IMG/VR virus record: IMGVR_UViG_3300035034_000734 | Length of the DNA stretch: 64,000 bases | Origin: an uncultured virus (IMG/VR IMGVR_UViG_3300035034_000734) | Taxonomy: Duplodnaviria > Heunggongvirae > Uroviricota > Caudoviricetes | Direction: 5' to 3' (one strand) | In this document: piece after piece, positions 8,882 to 19,596 of the stretch | Layout of the letters: every line of letters begins with the position of its first letter | How positions within the stretch are numbered: the first letter of the stretch is position 1 | The notes under the pieces: generated by a model | The model's database searches: none | What the model saw: only the letters and a program-made list of their open reading frames with translations | What the model was told of the DNA's origin: nothing | Made by a program: the position numbers and the translations under genes

Positions 8882-11800
8882 TTAGTATCGACGCATGCTA
8901 AGGCCAGCACGCGGATCGACTTCTTGGTCATCACGATCAAACAACCCGTCAAATAGACCTTTCTCACGAGAGGGCTCGTCGCGTTTTCGCTTTTCGTCTT
9001 GTTCACGAAGTTTCGCAAAATACGCGTCGATGTTTCTCAAAGACTTGTCCATGCTCTGTTGGGTTTGATGACTTGCCTGAAGTATCGATGCCACACGCTG
9101 CATCTCAGACACCACTCGAGTCGAGGATGCCGCCGATTGCACTGCCGTTTGACGTGCTACTTTATCTTGTCGAACTCGCTGGTCTTCAACGCGCGCTGCA
9201 GCTTCTTGTTCGGCAGGAGATTGTCGACTGGTTGCGATAGCCTCACTTTCAGCAGACATCCTTCGATCGGCTGACGGGGTGTCCGTCGTAGCCAATGGAC
9301 CCGTGGACCGAACCACCGTACTGGAGTCATCGTTGATTACCGATGCAGTCGCTGCGGTAACAGCGGTTGTGGTCGCAAGGGGCGATGGACGTGCTGGTGA
9401 ACGCGCGGCTCGACCAAACCGAATGGGTCGTCCACGTCGGTCTCGTTGAGCGGTGGCCATGTTCTCCCGAGTCTTCTGGGGATTAGGACCACTGATCACG
9501 TCTGGTAACGGAGTTGGAGATTGACCCATTAAACGTCTGGCTTCCACGTCCGCGGTTTCATCCATCCGTTGGAGCTTCGTTGGTTCAGGTAGGGTCTTTA
9601 AGGCCGCCGTCAACTCAAGGTTAACTTTGCCCTCACCCGTCAGCGACGTCACTCCTTCAAAAGGAGAGGCGGAACCGTAAGGCATTTGATCCCCATAGAA
9701 CTGAGTTCGACGCAGGTAATCGCGTTTGCGTTCCTTATCCATGTCCTCGGTATCGGTGAGATCCGAAGAGTCGATCATGTCCTTTGCCACAACTGCGTGA
9801 CTGAGATAGACCGGCTTGAACCGTTCCTGGAACCACATGAGCCAATTGGCCACTGCGACCTCGTCTTCTAGGTCCACCCCGAAATCTTCCATGGCTTCTT
9901 CCAGATCGATGCCACCGCCCAATCGTGCCAGACGTTTGCCTTCGAACTGAACTTCATCACCCATGGCGTCTTCGAGACCTGAAATTTTTCCAACGTGGTC
10001 CTTGTTGTCGGGATCGGCGCCGTACTGAGCCAACCTGACCCGGTGTAGAGGTCCGTCGGGTTTGCGGGAGAAGTGCTTATAAGCAAAGTACCCAGCCGCA
10101 CCGACGCCTGCAATGGCAGCGCCCGCCAGCAACACAGGTGCACTGAGTATCCCTGCAATCGCGGTACCTGCTCCTGCTAACAAACCCCCAGCCGCCGATG
10201 CTGCTGTTCCAGCAGCGGAAGCAACCGCAGGCACGGCCGCCGTTACGGCTGGAATCGCAAAGCGCGCGGCCGTTCCTAGACCTCGCATTGCTTTACCGCC
10301 TATCGACTTCAGGCCACCGAACATCTTTCGGAAAAGACCTTTCTTACCCCCGCGCGGCTTTTTACCTTTACCCGGTTTGTCGCCTCGATCGGGACCGTCG
10401 AGCGTTGGACCAACGTCCATACCAACGTCCAAGCCCATACCGAGACCACCACCGATACCAGCACCACCGAGCAGTTTTTTCAACATACTCCCGATGCCGC
10501 CGCCTTCTTTCTTTGACGACTTCTTACTGAACTCCGCATCTTTCTGGGGAGAGGGTAAGGCCAGTTGTTTATCGCCGGACAGTTGAGAACGCCAACCGCC
10601 TTTACGCAACGGTTTCTCCATGCGCTCTTCCAGGATGTCTCGAATCTCCGTCAGCAGTTTGACTTGTTTCTCATTACCACCACCGGAAGAACCCGGACCT
10701 TCACCACCACTCTGACCGCCGAATCGACCTGTTACCAAACCGACCGCGCCTTTGGCAGCTCTACCCATCGCTTTGTACGACCCAACCATGTAGTTGGACA
10801 CACCTTTAACTGCGCCTGTTGCTAATCGTCCAGCCCCTTTTAAAAGACCTTTGATCGCTCGACCTCGATTGTCGGTTAGGCCTTGACGCATGTCTTCCAG
10901 TGTTAGAACCACATTACCTTGACGATCGATCACTGCCCCGTCAATGTCGTTAATGGACCGAATGGGTTTCTTGGTCGCCTCAGAGAGGTAACCCCCATTC
11001 TTCATCACCACAGCCAATAACCGAGGACGTTCTTCCCCTTTGACGTAAACGTCGCGAGGCTTGTTCATCCAGTTTTTACCGATATCGGTTACATTACCAG
11101 CCAGGGCGCCTATGGCTCGATACGGAGAGGTCATGTAGCTGGTGACTCCCCCCGTAATTGAACCAAGTCGATCCATCATTGACTTGCCTTGATTATTGAC
11201 CAACAGGCCTTCCTGTATATCGAACTCGCTGATGACAATGTCGCCACTGGCATCAACCACAGGTCCTGTGACCTCATCTAAGCGTTGCACAACGTCGCCT
11301 GTTTCTTGATCGTAGTACCGACCGGCCCGAAGATCTCGAGCCAACATGGCGGGCTTGGCGTGACCCTTGACATAGATGTCCATGATGCCATCGCTTTTGG
11401 CGTTGCGTCCTTGAAACATCTTACCGGCTAGATTCTTCAACATCCCCGTACCGCCGGATGCCAAGTTCCCTGCCGACTTCCACATGCCACCATAGAAGCT
11501 CATGATGCCACCGAGACCACTGGCCGCCCCGCGACCCAATCGTTTCAACGCGCCTGGATCGTCACTGTCCCCTGCCATCTGGGCCAGAGTCAAGTTCTCC
11601 AAGGTGTCTTGCAACTGTTCGGTCTTTCGATCCATGTGGGTCAAGATCTCTTGAACCAACTCACGAGCTCGAGTCCAATAGTCCTCGGGCTGCGCAGGCG
11701 GCTCGCCGCCGTCGCCACCGGAACCTCCTGTTTGAGAAGACTCGTTGCGACTGGCCATGCGGTCCTGGACTCGCTCAACCACTTTGCCAATAAACTCTTG

Positions 11801-14800
11801 ACTCATGGTGGATGCTTGTTCGGCACGCTCATTCAACTTAGACATCATGTCCGGGGCACGACCCCGACCTTCACCTAACATGTCCTGAAGGGTGGATTGA
11901 GTGCGGTCGCCGAGTTGACCTGCTCCCTCTTTCAGCGACTGGAACTTTTGACTCATGACCGACTTGGTGTCTTGTCCAGAAGGAAGTTTCCCTTCCAGGT
12001 ACGCCACCACATCTCGTACGGCTTGGGTATATCGAGGATCGTTTACCGCAACTTGGCCCTGCGTCACCGTTTCTGGTTTAGGACCGAAGCCACCGCGCTC
12101 AGACAGACTCTCGCGCATCTCAGACAAGCGATCGCCTAAATCCTCACCCATACTGCGGCCTTGATCAACAACGCTGCGAGAGCGTTCAGAGATCTGTGTA
12201 CCAACCGATCGAGAAATGCCTCTGGCATCGTTTGCTGCCGATGCAAACCCATCACCCACAGCCATCTGCAAACCTTGAGTCCCCTCTTGTAGACGAGTCC
12301 TTTGATCTGAGAGGCGCTGGCGATAGCTGGACATAGACGCCACACCGTTTTCTTTCAGCGATTCCATAGTGCCGCGAAGTGACTCACCCCGGTCTCTCAA
12401 CCAACGACTGGTTTGACGAGTCGGTGGATTGTTCTGTTGAGGTAAGTACCTAGACCACCTAGATTGGGAGAAGTCGTTTGGTCCACCACCAGACGGCCCA
12501 GCCGGACCCCCCGACGGACCACTCGGTCCACCCAAGGTATTCTTCAACAATTCGTAGATGTCTTTCAACCACTGCCCGTTCAATTCCAGATGTTTCAGCG
12601 GATTGATTTGGGCGATGGCGTCTAGGACGTTCGCGAATTGCTTCTTCGGATCGAGACTTTGCTGAACTTCCACAAATCGTTCCAGAATCCTCGAAACTCG
12701 TTCAAGACCTCCACGATCCACATCAGAATCGGATAGATCAGCACCGCGGTCAGCCGCATCACGCGCGCCGAACGTATCCAAGCCGAAGCTCGAACGTTGG
12801 TTAGAAACCTCATTGGGCTGATCTCCGAGTTGAGACGCTAAGTCAGACACGTCTCCTGTGTTGGCGAAATCCAGGATGTTCGCTTTGTTCGCTTGAGTAC
12901 GTCCAGCTTCTCGACGTTCTTCGAGGAGGCCAGCTTCTCTGAGCGTACGCGCGCCGTAGATCGGTAATAATTTCCCGATCGTTTCCTGGTAATTTGGAAT
13001 GTCGTCCCTGGCACTGTTAAAGACTCTGGACGCATCAGCGCGGGTTTCAGAAGCGCGTTTGTCGTACGCTCGGAAACTACCATCGTCTCTTAGGAAACGA
13101 CCTTTGATCAGCTCCCGAATGGCGCTGAGGTCATCTTCGTCCTGAACCTCACCCAGGCCCCGTGGACTGAAGTAACGCTCTGGGTCAAAGCGACGACCGT
13201 TAGACGCATCCGTCAGTAGTTGGCGCGTAAACGCCATGCGAGCAGATTCTGACAAATCCCCATTGGTGTCGAGGGTATCGACAATGGAGGTTAAGTCGTC
13301 TCGGATACTTTCCATCCGGCGCTTAGGCAGAACTCGCTCAACCAACTTCTTCTGAACGTCGCTCTCACGTTTGAGTTCACCCGATTCAAAGTCGTAGATA
13401 CGACGTTCGGTTGTCGGGTCTTGCGTACGAATCATTTCTGTTTCGTGTAACAAGTCGGTCAGTAAGCCAGGAATAATTTCTGTGATTGACTTATCGGCAA
13501 GGCTTGTGTAAACCCCCGCTTCGTCAGCCAGTTCACTTGCGTCTCGACCAAACGCCAATTCGGGTTGGTCGTTGTTCATCATCCCCAACAGCCCGCCAGC
13601 CAAGTCGGCTTTGATTCCGCCAAAGAAACTGTCGAACTCCATCTGACCTTCGGTTTCTTTCTTGGCCAGCCAGTCTCGAGCCAACTCGCTCTTGTTGCTG
13701 GAAAGGTAATCCAAATTTGTACCGAACCGTGAAATCGAGTCGTTCTTACCTAACTTCGTCCCTAGTCGTTTCGCTATGCCAGAGAGCCCCGTGGAAGCCA
13801 CGGCATCGCCCGCCATACCGCCTGCAACGTCCATGCCATCGATGGGTATGTCACTAACCATATCCAGTCCGTCGGCAGCACCACGAACACCGTCGCTGAA
13901 CGACTTGGTTACGTTATTGAGCTTTTCCTTTAACGCTTCCCCAAGTCCTTTCGTTTTACCTTGAACAAAAGTACCGGCCTTACCGAGCGTTCGTTCTCTC
14001 AGCATGGCTTGTGCGGTTTCTGACGTTCTGATTTTCAAGAAGTCAGGTATCGCTGAGTTCTTGGTAATGGCACCCAAATGCTCGTTGGTCTGAGCAGCAT
14101 ATCCTTTAAAGAGCGCGAAATGATCTCGGGCAACGAAGAATTGACGGTACTGAAGTTCCAACGACTTACGCTGGTACGACGCGGTGATCCGATCTTGGTA
14201 ATCGACCAGACGCTCCACACCGGAGCGCATCATGTTCAGCAGGTTTGTTTGAGTCTTGTACCGTGCCTCTCCCACCACGTCTTGACGCAGTTTGGTTTCT
14301 TCGTCACGTTGGTCTCGACGGTACTGGAGATCCAGTTGAGCCCCAAGGAGGTTCCTGGTTTTTGACTCTCCCTTTAACCGGACTCGTTGTGCTTTTCGGT
14401 CTTGTTCGGATTGCTCCGACATGAACTCGCCGAAGATACTTTCGATTGCCTCTCGGGATTCCAGCTTGTCGTAATCGATTTCATCGAGGACTTTATCGCT
14501 GGTATCTTCTGGTGCAACAAGCTCTTCAAGCTTGCGTTGAATCGCCTCTGGAAGGATGTTGTCCGTTTTACTGGCAACGTACCGACCGATTTTCTTGAGG
14601 TCCTTCTTTACTGGGACTAAGTTTTCACGAGCCGTATCGTATAGCTCTTGACCGAGGTCAACGGCTGATAAGGCATCGTCGTACGCTTTCCCATAGCCCT
14701 TAGGTAGGGCTTCGTCGATCACTTTGCGTCGGGTACTGGCAGATAGCGCTGTGCGCCTCATGCCTTCGTAGAAACCACCCTTAACACGATCGATCGGCTT

Positions 14801-14905
14801 TCTGTCTTTCCCCGGTTGTCCGTCAAGCATTGACTCGTCAAGATCTGGCAAGTCGAGCTCGTCGTCCGTATCCGGGTTGTCTAGATTTGGGTCTTTATCA
14901 GCCAT
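8882..14905 (-). CDS. tail tape-measure protein (phiKZ gp181-like)
   Basis: 2007 aa, helical and Gly/Ala-rich; YQRKSLELQYR and SITEIIPGLL motifs; two D(I/V)YVKG repeats; hydrophobic segment near the C-terminus; divergent from the gp180-like RNAP gene as in phiKZ. Confidence 0.85.
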   Translation of the reverse strand: MADKDPNLDNPDTDDELDLPDLDESMLDGQPGKDRKPIDRVKGGFYEGMRRTALSASTRRKVIDEALPKGYGKAYDDALSAVDLGQELYDTARENLVPVKKDLKKIGRYVASKTDNILPEAIQRKLEELVAPEDTSDKVLDEIDYDKLESREAIESIFGEFMSEQSEQDRKAQRVRLKGESKTRNLLGAQLDLQYRRDQRDEETKLRQDVVGEARYKTQTNLLNMMRSGVERLVDYQDRITASYQRKSLELQYRQFFVARDHFALFKGYAAQTNEHLGAITKNSAIPDFLKIRTSETAQAMLRERTLGKAGTFVQGKTKGLGEALKEKLNNVTKSFSDGVRGAADGLDMVSDIPIDGMDVAGGMAGDAVASTGLSGIAKRLGTKLGKNDSISRFGTNLDYLSSNKSELARDWLAKKETEGQMEFDSFFGGIKADLAGGLLGMMNNDQPELAFGRDASELADEAGVYTSLADKSITEIIPGLLTDLLHETEMIRTQDPTTERRIYDFESGELKRESDVQKKLVERVLPKRRMESIRDDLTSIVDTLDTNGDLSESARMAFTRQLLTDASNGRRFDPERYFSPRGLGEVQDEDDLSAIRELIKGRFLRDDGSFRAYDKRASETRADASRVFNSARDDIPNYQETIGKLLPIYGARTLREAGLLEERREAGRTQANKANILDFANTGDVSDLASQLGDQPNEVSNQRSSFGLDTFGARDAADRGADLSDSDVDRGGLERVSRILERFVEVQQSLDPKKQFANVLDAIAQINPLKHLELNGQWLKDIYELLKNTLGGPSGPSGGPAGPSGGGPNDFSQSRWSRYLPQQNNPPTRQTSRWLRDRGESLRGTMESLKENGVASMSSYRQRLSDQRTRLQEGTQGLQMAVGDGFASAANDARGISRSVGTQISERSRSVVDQGRSMGEDLGDRLSEMRESLSERGGFGPKPETVTQGQVAVNDPRYTQAVRDVVAYLEGKLPSGQDTKSVMSQKFQSLKEGAGQLGDRTQSTLQDMLGEGRGRAPDMMSKLNERAEQASTMSQEFIGKVVERVQDRMASRNESSQTGGSGGDGGEPPAQPEDYWTRARELVQEILTHMDRKTEQLQDTLENLTLAQMAGDSDDPGALKRLGRGAASGLGGIMSFYGGMWKSAGNLASGGTGMLKNLAGKMFQGRNAKSDGIMDIYVKGHAKPAMLARDLRAGRYYDQETGDVVQRLDEVTGPVVDASGDIVISEFDIQEGLLVNNQGKSMMDRLGSITGGVTSYMTSPYRAIGALAGNVTDIGKNWMNKPRDVYVKGEERPRLLAVVMKNGGYLSEATKKPIRSINDIDGAVIDRQGNVVLTLEDMRQGLTDNRGRAIKGLLKGAGRLATGAVKGVSNYMVGSYKAMGRAAKGAVGLVTGRFGGQSGGEGPGSSGGGNEKQVKLLTEIRDILEERMEKPLRKGGWRSQLSGDKQLALPSPQKDAEFSKKSSKKEGGGIGSMLKKLLGGAGIGGGLGMGLDVGMDVGPTLDGPDRGDKPGKGKKPRGGKKGLFRKMFGGLKSIGGKAMRGLGTAARFAIPAVTAAVPAVASAAGTAASAAGGLLAGAGTAIAGILSAPVLLAGAAIAGVGAAGYFAYKHFSRKPDGPLHRVRLAQYGADPDNKDHVGKISGLEDAMGDEVQFEGKRLARLGGGIDLEEAMEDFGVDLEDEVAVANWLMWFQERFKPVYLSHAVVAKDMIDSSDLTDTEDMDKERKRDYLRRTQFYGDQMPYGSASPFEGVTSLTGEGKVNLELTAALKTLPEPTKLQRMDETADVEARRLMGQSPTPLPDVISGPNPQKTRENMATAQRDRRGRPIRFGRAARSPARPSPLATTTAVTAATASVINDDSSTVVRSTGPLATTDTPSADRRMSAESEAIATSRQSPAEQEAAARVEDQRVRQDKVARQTAVQSAASSTRVVSEMQRVASILQASHQTQQSMDKSLRNIDAYFAKLREQDEKRKRDEPSREKGLFDGLFDRDDQEVDPRAGLSMRRY

Positions 14906-14944
14906 GAACCCGCTCCCTTTTAACTTGTATCATAGGATTCCGAA

Positions 14945-16585
14945 GTGGTGACCACGATGGAAGAAAAACGCGATCCGTTTAACATCAAACTGCTGAAGCT
15001 TGAACCCGCACAACTTCGACTCCTCAAGCCCATAACTAGCTTGGACCGATTCGAAGGGTCAGGCTCCAGTAACTTTCACGAAAAGGGTTTGTTCTCGACC
15101 GAGATCTTTGGTCGAGTTGGGGACGATGTTCGAGATAAGACCTTCGCATACATTCCTCTGAAAACTAGCATATTACATCCCATCGTCTATCAGCGTCTTG
15201 AACGTTTGAAGCGATTGTACATTGGTATCCTCACCGGCAAAGAGTTCGGTGTGTGGGACGAAGAAAAGAAAGACTTCTTTCTTTCCGATGAGTTGGAAGG
15301 TCAGACGGGATATCAGTTCTTTATGAGTCATTGGAACGAACTTGTGTTTGCACAGGGCGATTCTGAGATTCGTAAGCAACGGGTGGCCATGATCAATAAG
15401 TTTCGGGATCAGTCGGTTCTTGAGAACGTCTTGGTTATGCCTGCTGGGTTACGCGATGCCGAAGTCGATAGCTTGGGTCGGACACGGGAAGGTGAGATCA
15501 ACGAACATTATCATCGCTTGGTTCAGATCTCAAACACCATCGCTAAGTCCACCAAGTCTGACAGCGGCGCTCTAGACACGCCCAGAGCCGCTTTGCAAAA
15601 AGCGTTTAACATGGTGTACACCACCATTGAAAGCATGCTCTCTGGTAAGCGAGGTTTCCTTCAAGACAAATGGGGATCACGAAACATACAAGACGGGACT
15701 CGAAACGTCATCACGTCGATGGACATCTCAGCACCAGATTTGAACGCTGAGAACTACCCCGGCCCAGATGACACGGTCATGGGTCTGTGGCAAGTCTCTC
15801 GAGGGTCTTTGCCGATCACGATCGCTCGATTGAGGGACAACATTCTCAGCGATGTGTTTGGGGACGTTGAAGGCAATGTCAGTTTGATTGATCCGAAGAC
15901 CTTAGTGCCTGAGTTTGTTCAAGTCTCACCTCAAACGTACGATCGATGGACGACTACCGACGGTTTGGGGAAAGTCGTTGACATGCAGTCGATGGTTGGT
16001 ATTCGAGCCAAGCCGGTGATGGTCGAAGGTCGTTACCTGATGTTGGTCTACAAACCAAAAGGGGAAATGGTCTTCAAGTTGTTCCGGGACATCCGTGAGC
16101 TGCCAGAAGGGGCCAGTAAAAAGGACGTCCATCCGCTGACGTATGAAGAGATGATTTATCTCTCCAACTATCGAGGGTGGAACGATTTGCGAGTGATCTC
16201 TACTCGTTACCCAGTGGCTGGTGAAGGCAGTACCTACCCATCGAAAGTCTTTGTGCGTACCACCGTCAAAACCGAAGCGCGGGTGGAACTGGACATGACC
16301 TGGGAGCCAATGGACGCTGACGAGAACACCGCTCAAGTCTATCCGATCTTTGATCCAGAGTCCTACATTGATTCGTCAATGGTTCATCCGTATCGGCTGG
16401 CTGGACTGGGTGGTGACTACGATGGCGACACTGTGTCGAACAACATCGTCTACACTCAAGAAGCCAAAGAGGAGATTGACAAATACCTCAACTCCCGTTC
16501 GGCACACGTCGATCCAGCCGGTGGCATGCGAGCCAGTGCTCACATTGATACCACCGCGTTGGTAATGCACAACATGACTGGGTAA
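14945..16585 (+). CDS. rpoC: virion RNA polymerase beta' subunit, catalytic fragment (phiKZ gp180-like)
   Basis: GLFSTEIFG, LVMPAGLRD, LSGKRG, TRYP and the catalytic variant LGGDYDGD. Confidence 0.9.
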   Translation: MVTTMEEKRDPFNIKLLKLEPAQLRLLKPITSLDRFEGSGSSNFHEKGLFSTEIFGRVGDDVRDKTFAYIPLKTSILHPIVYQRLERLKRLYIGILTGKEFGVWDEEKKDFFLSDELEGQTGYQFFMSHWNELVFAQGDSEIRKQRVAMINKFRDQSVLENVLVMPAGLRDAEVDSLGRTREGEINEHYHRLVQISNTIAKSTKSDSGALDTPRAALQKAFNMVYTTIESMLSGKRGFLQDKWGSRNIQDGTRNVITSMDISAPDLNAENYPGPDDTVMGLWQVSRGSLPITIARLRDNILSDVFGDVEGNVSLIDPKTLVPEFVQVSPQTYDRWTTTDGLGKVVDMQSMVGIRAKPVMVEGRYLMLVYKPKGEMVFKLFRDIRELPEGASKKDVHPLTYEEMIYLSNYRGWNDLRVISTRYPVAGEGSTYPSKVFVRTTVKTEARVELDMTWEPMDADENTAQVYPIFDPESYIDSSMVHPYRLAGLGGDYDGDTVSNNIVYTQEAKEEIDKYLNSRSAHVDPAGGMRASAHIDTTALVMHNMTG

Positions 16586-16620
16586 CTCCCCACCCTTTCT
16601 TAAATTGTTCGGAGTGCGAT

Positions 16621-18426
16621 ATGCAACCCTATGCTACGTTTTACCGCCGACACGGCGTGCGACTGAAAGATCACGTGGTCTCTCCGCCGTTCGCGGCGGT
16701 AGGCGATTTGGTCCTTCCTAAAGAAAGCTTGGTACACCATCTTGGTTCGGATGGGGTTGTCCTTGGACCTGAGCCAGATGACGTTCTGTTTAAGAATCAC
16801 GAAGGACGGGTTCTGGTTGAACACGTTCAAGAACTGAGCGCACCGGTTGGAGGACCTCGTCCTGACCGCACCACTCCGGCCACCACCTTGTATCGGAACT
16901 ACCACCGCCGGTATCGGACCATGCGACCTTTGAACGATTTCGATAAGTCGTTGAGAGACCCTCGGACCTTGATCGTTGAGAACTACGCTCACCTAAGTCG
17001 TCTTTGGCAATACATGCGGTCGATTTACGCGGGCTATTACAAGTCCCGGAACGTTTTGAAGACAGTCATCGAAACCATGAACCTTCGATGTGAAGGCAAC
17101 GACCGGCAACATTACTTGGTGGTAGAAGCTCCTAAGCGACTGCCAAACCTGGCCATGCTTAAGAAAGCCAGCGCCGGGTATAAAGGAATGCCAAAGCCGT
17201 TGTTGGAAGTCTTTGCGAAGCCGGAACAATTGTTTCTGTTGGAGATGTGGACGTGGTTAGGTGAGACCAAAGATCAATCGATCCTCAGCGATCTCAAACC
17301 TGAGAACTATCGAAAGATCAATCTGGTGTACGTAGAAAGCGGTCGTTGGTTCGTACTCAACCTGGCTGCGTTGCTGGAGTTGTTTAACGAAGGCGCTGAA
17401 GAAGGTGGAGAAGGGTCTACTCAGATGCAGAGGTATTTTCTGCGGATGATGATTGCGGTCTTTGAACAACGGACCCAATTTGTAGAGTCGGGCAACGTCA
17501 ACGAGGATACCGATTCAACCACCGCCGCTGAGAAAGAACCTCGCCCGATGGACGATGCGTCGATCGATGCCGATTTGGATCAGCTGGATCAGTTGTCCGA
17601 AGACGTTGTTGAAGAAGACGTCACTCGCCCAATGGCGGACACACCAAGTAACCCAACCGACGCCATCCTCGCTCGGGTGGCGCATATGGCCGAAGAGGGG
17701 AGACTGTCGCCCGCTCAACAGCGTCGGTTCATTTCGATGATCGATAAGTCCAGTAATCTACCCAATCCGTTTGGTGAAGGTACGTTAAACGACTATCGTC
17801 AAATCACTCAGAAGGACTTGGAGCTGAACCCGGAGTTGATCAAGCTGCCGAAAATGGCAGGCGTTACTGACGAGTCGATGCTTGAAAGTACACTGATGGC
17901 GTTTGACAGTCAGTACGTGAACACCATTCTGAATAAGGACATCACCAACGCAGCCCTGTCGCTTCAACAAGCCGGTGTGATTGTGACCGACTATTCTGTG
18001 GAAACCGTAGAAGACGCGGCGAACCACTATCAAAAGGTCACGATGCGAGTAGCGCCCGTCGATGGGGAACCGTCAACGGTGCGATTCCGGGTACCGGTCG
18101 TTGGTTCGTCTGGGGTTTTCATTTCAAACGACGTGAAGTATCGCTTACGGAAGCAGCGCAGCGATAAACCCATTCGTAAGACTTCGCCGAACGATGTGGC
18201 CTTGACATCTTACTACGCCAAGGCGTTTGTGTCTCGCTCGCAAAAGAGCGTGGTGAACTATCCGAAATGGCTGTCTAAGAAAATCGAGATCATTGGTATG
18301 GACGATGACAACAAAGTCATCACCAACCTCAAGCACAGTAAAACATTTGTGTCTGAAGTGAAGTTGCCTCGGGTGTACACGATTCTATCTCAAACGTTCA
18401 GGGAGTTCACGGTTTCTGGGAAGTAA
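16621..18426 (+). CDS. rpoB: virion RNA polymerase beta subunit (phiKZ gp178-like), part 1; ends at an in-frame TAA
   Basis: 601 aa with RLRKQRSDKPIRK and LTSYYAK motifs; same reading frame as 18436-19596. Confidence 0.8.
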   Translation: MQPYATFYRRHGVRLKDHVVSPPFAAVGDLVLPKESLVHHLGSDGVVLGPEPDDVLFKNHEGRVLVEHVQELSAPVGGPRPDRTTPATTLYRNYHRRYRTMRPLNDFDKSLRDPRTLIVENYAHLSRLWQYMRSIYAGYYKSRNVLKTVIETMNLRCEGNDRQHYLVVEAPKRLPNLAMLKKASAGYKGMPKPLLEVFAKPEQLFLLEMWTWLGETKDQSILSDLKPENYRKINLVYVESGRWFVLNLAALLELFNEGAEEGGEGSTQMQRYFLRMMIAVFEQRTQFVESGNVNEDTDSTTAAEKEPRPMDDASIDADLDQLDQLSEDVVEEDVTRPMADTPSNPTDAILARVAHMAEEGRLSPAQQRRFISMIDKSSNLPNPFGEGTLNDYRQITQKDLELNPELIKLPKMAGVTDESMLESTLMAFDSQYVNTILNKDITNAALSLQQAGVIVTDYSVETVEDAANHYQKVTMRVAPVDGEPSTVRFRVPVVGSSGVFISNDVKYRLRKQRSDKPIRKTSPNDVALTSYYAKAFVSRSQKSVVNYPKWLSKKIEIIGMDDDNKVITNLKHSKTFVSEVKLPRVYTILSQTFREFTVSGK

Positions 18427-19596
18427 CGGATCTTTGTGGATTATCAGAGGCGGGTCGAAGAGTTTGGCGAAGAGATCATTAACGCTGTTGAGACCGATGG
18501 GTTTGTGTTGGTTGGTATGCAGGGTAAGACGCCTATTGTGGTAGACGACTCGAGCACGTTCTATTCGGTCGAGGGTAAGGAATATCAAGTCCTCGGCCGT
18601 ATTGAAGATCTGATTGAGATTGACGCGGCTGAGGCCCCAGTTGAGATCGCGGAACTGCGACTGTTCAGTAAGAGTCCTCCTGTGGGTATTGTGTTGGGTC
18701 ATCGCATGGGACTGACACGTCTGATGGAAACCTTGGAGGTAACACCTCGTCGCGTACCCGTTGGCGAGCGTGTCAACATAGGTGACTACGAGTACGGCAT
18801 TCGTTTTGCGGATGAGACCCTCATATTTAACAAGGAAGATCAAAAGGCGCAACTGGTCTTGGCTGGCTTCAATCGGTACTATCGAACCATCAAACGGTAC
18901 AACGTCGATGCGTTTGATGATCCTGAAGTCTACGCCAACGTGATGGAAGACAACGGCATTCGGGTCGGATACATCCGTGAGCTGGAGTTGGCCATGGACA
19001 TGTTCGTGGACCCCATCACCAAAGATCTGTTGATTGGCATGAGTGAGCCGACGACGCTGCAAGGACTGTTGATTCGATCGTGTGAAATGTTGATGATCGA
19101 CTGGCATCCGGATGAAACCGATCTGGAGCACATGCGCATCCGAGGTTACGAGCGTATCGCAGGGGCGGTCTACTCAGAACTGCTGCGCGGTGTACGTCGG
19201 TATCGGTCTCGGGGCGTTGGCAGTGCGGCTAAAATCGAGATGAACCCAGAAGCGGTGTGGTACGCCATTAATAAGGACTCCAGTCTCTCTCAAGTCGAAG
19301 AATCCAATCCGATTCAAAATCTGAAAGAGAAAGAACTGGTGACTTACATGGGGTCCGGGGGACGAACCACTCGCAGTATGGTCAAACACACTCGGGCGTT
19401 TTCTAAAAGCGACATGGGGGTAATCTCAGAAGCCACCGTTGACTCTCAAACGGTGGGGGTGAACGCGTACTTAAGCGCCAACCCACAATTCCAGAATCTG
19501 CGAGGCACCACTGACCGATATGAAAAGGGAGTGACGGGAAGTAGTTCAATGATCAGCACCTCGGCGCTGTTGTCGCCTGCGGTTGATATGGATGAT
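18427..19596 (+). CDS. rpoB: virion RNA polymerase beta subunit, part 2 (rest of exon 1; possible restart at GTG 18436)
   Basis: RIRGYER, NPIQNLKEKELVTYMGSGG and SEATVDSQTVG correspond to RpoB core motifs; ends ..SPAVDMDD at the intron 5' splice site. Confidence 0.85.
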
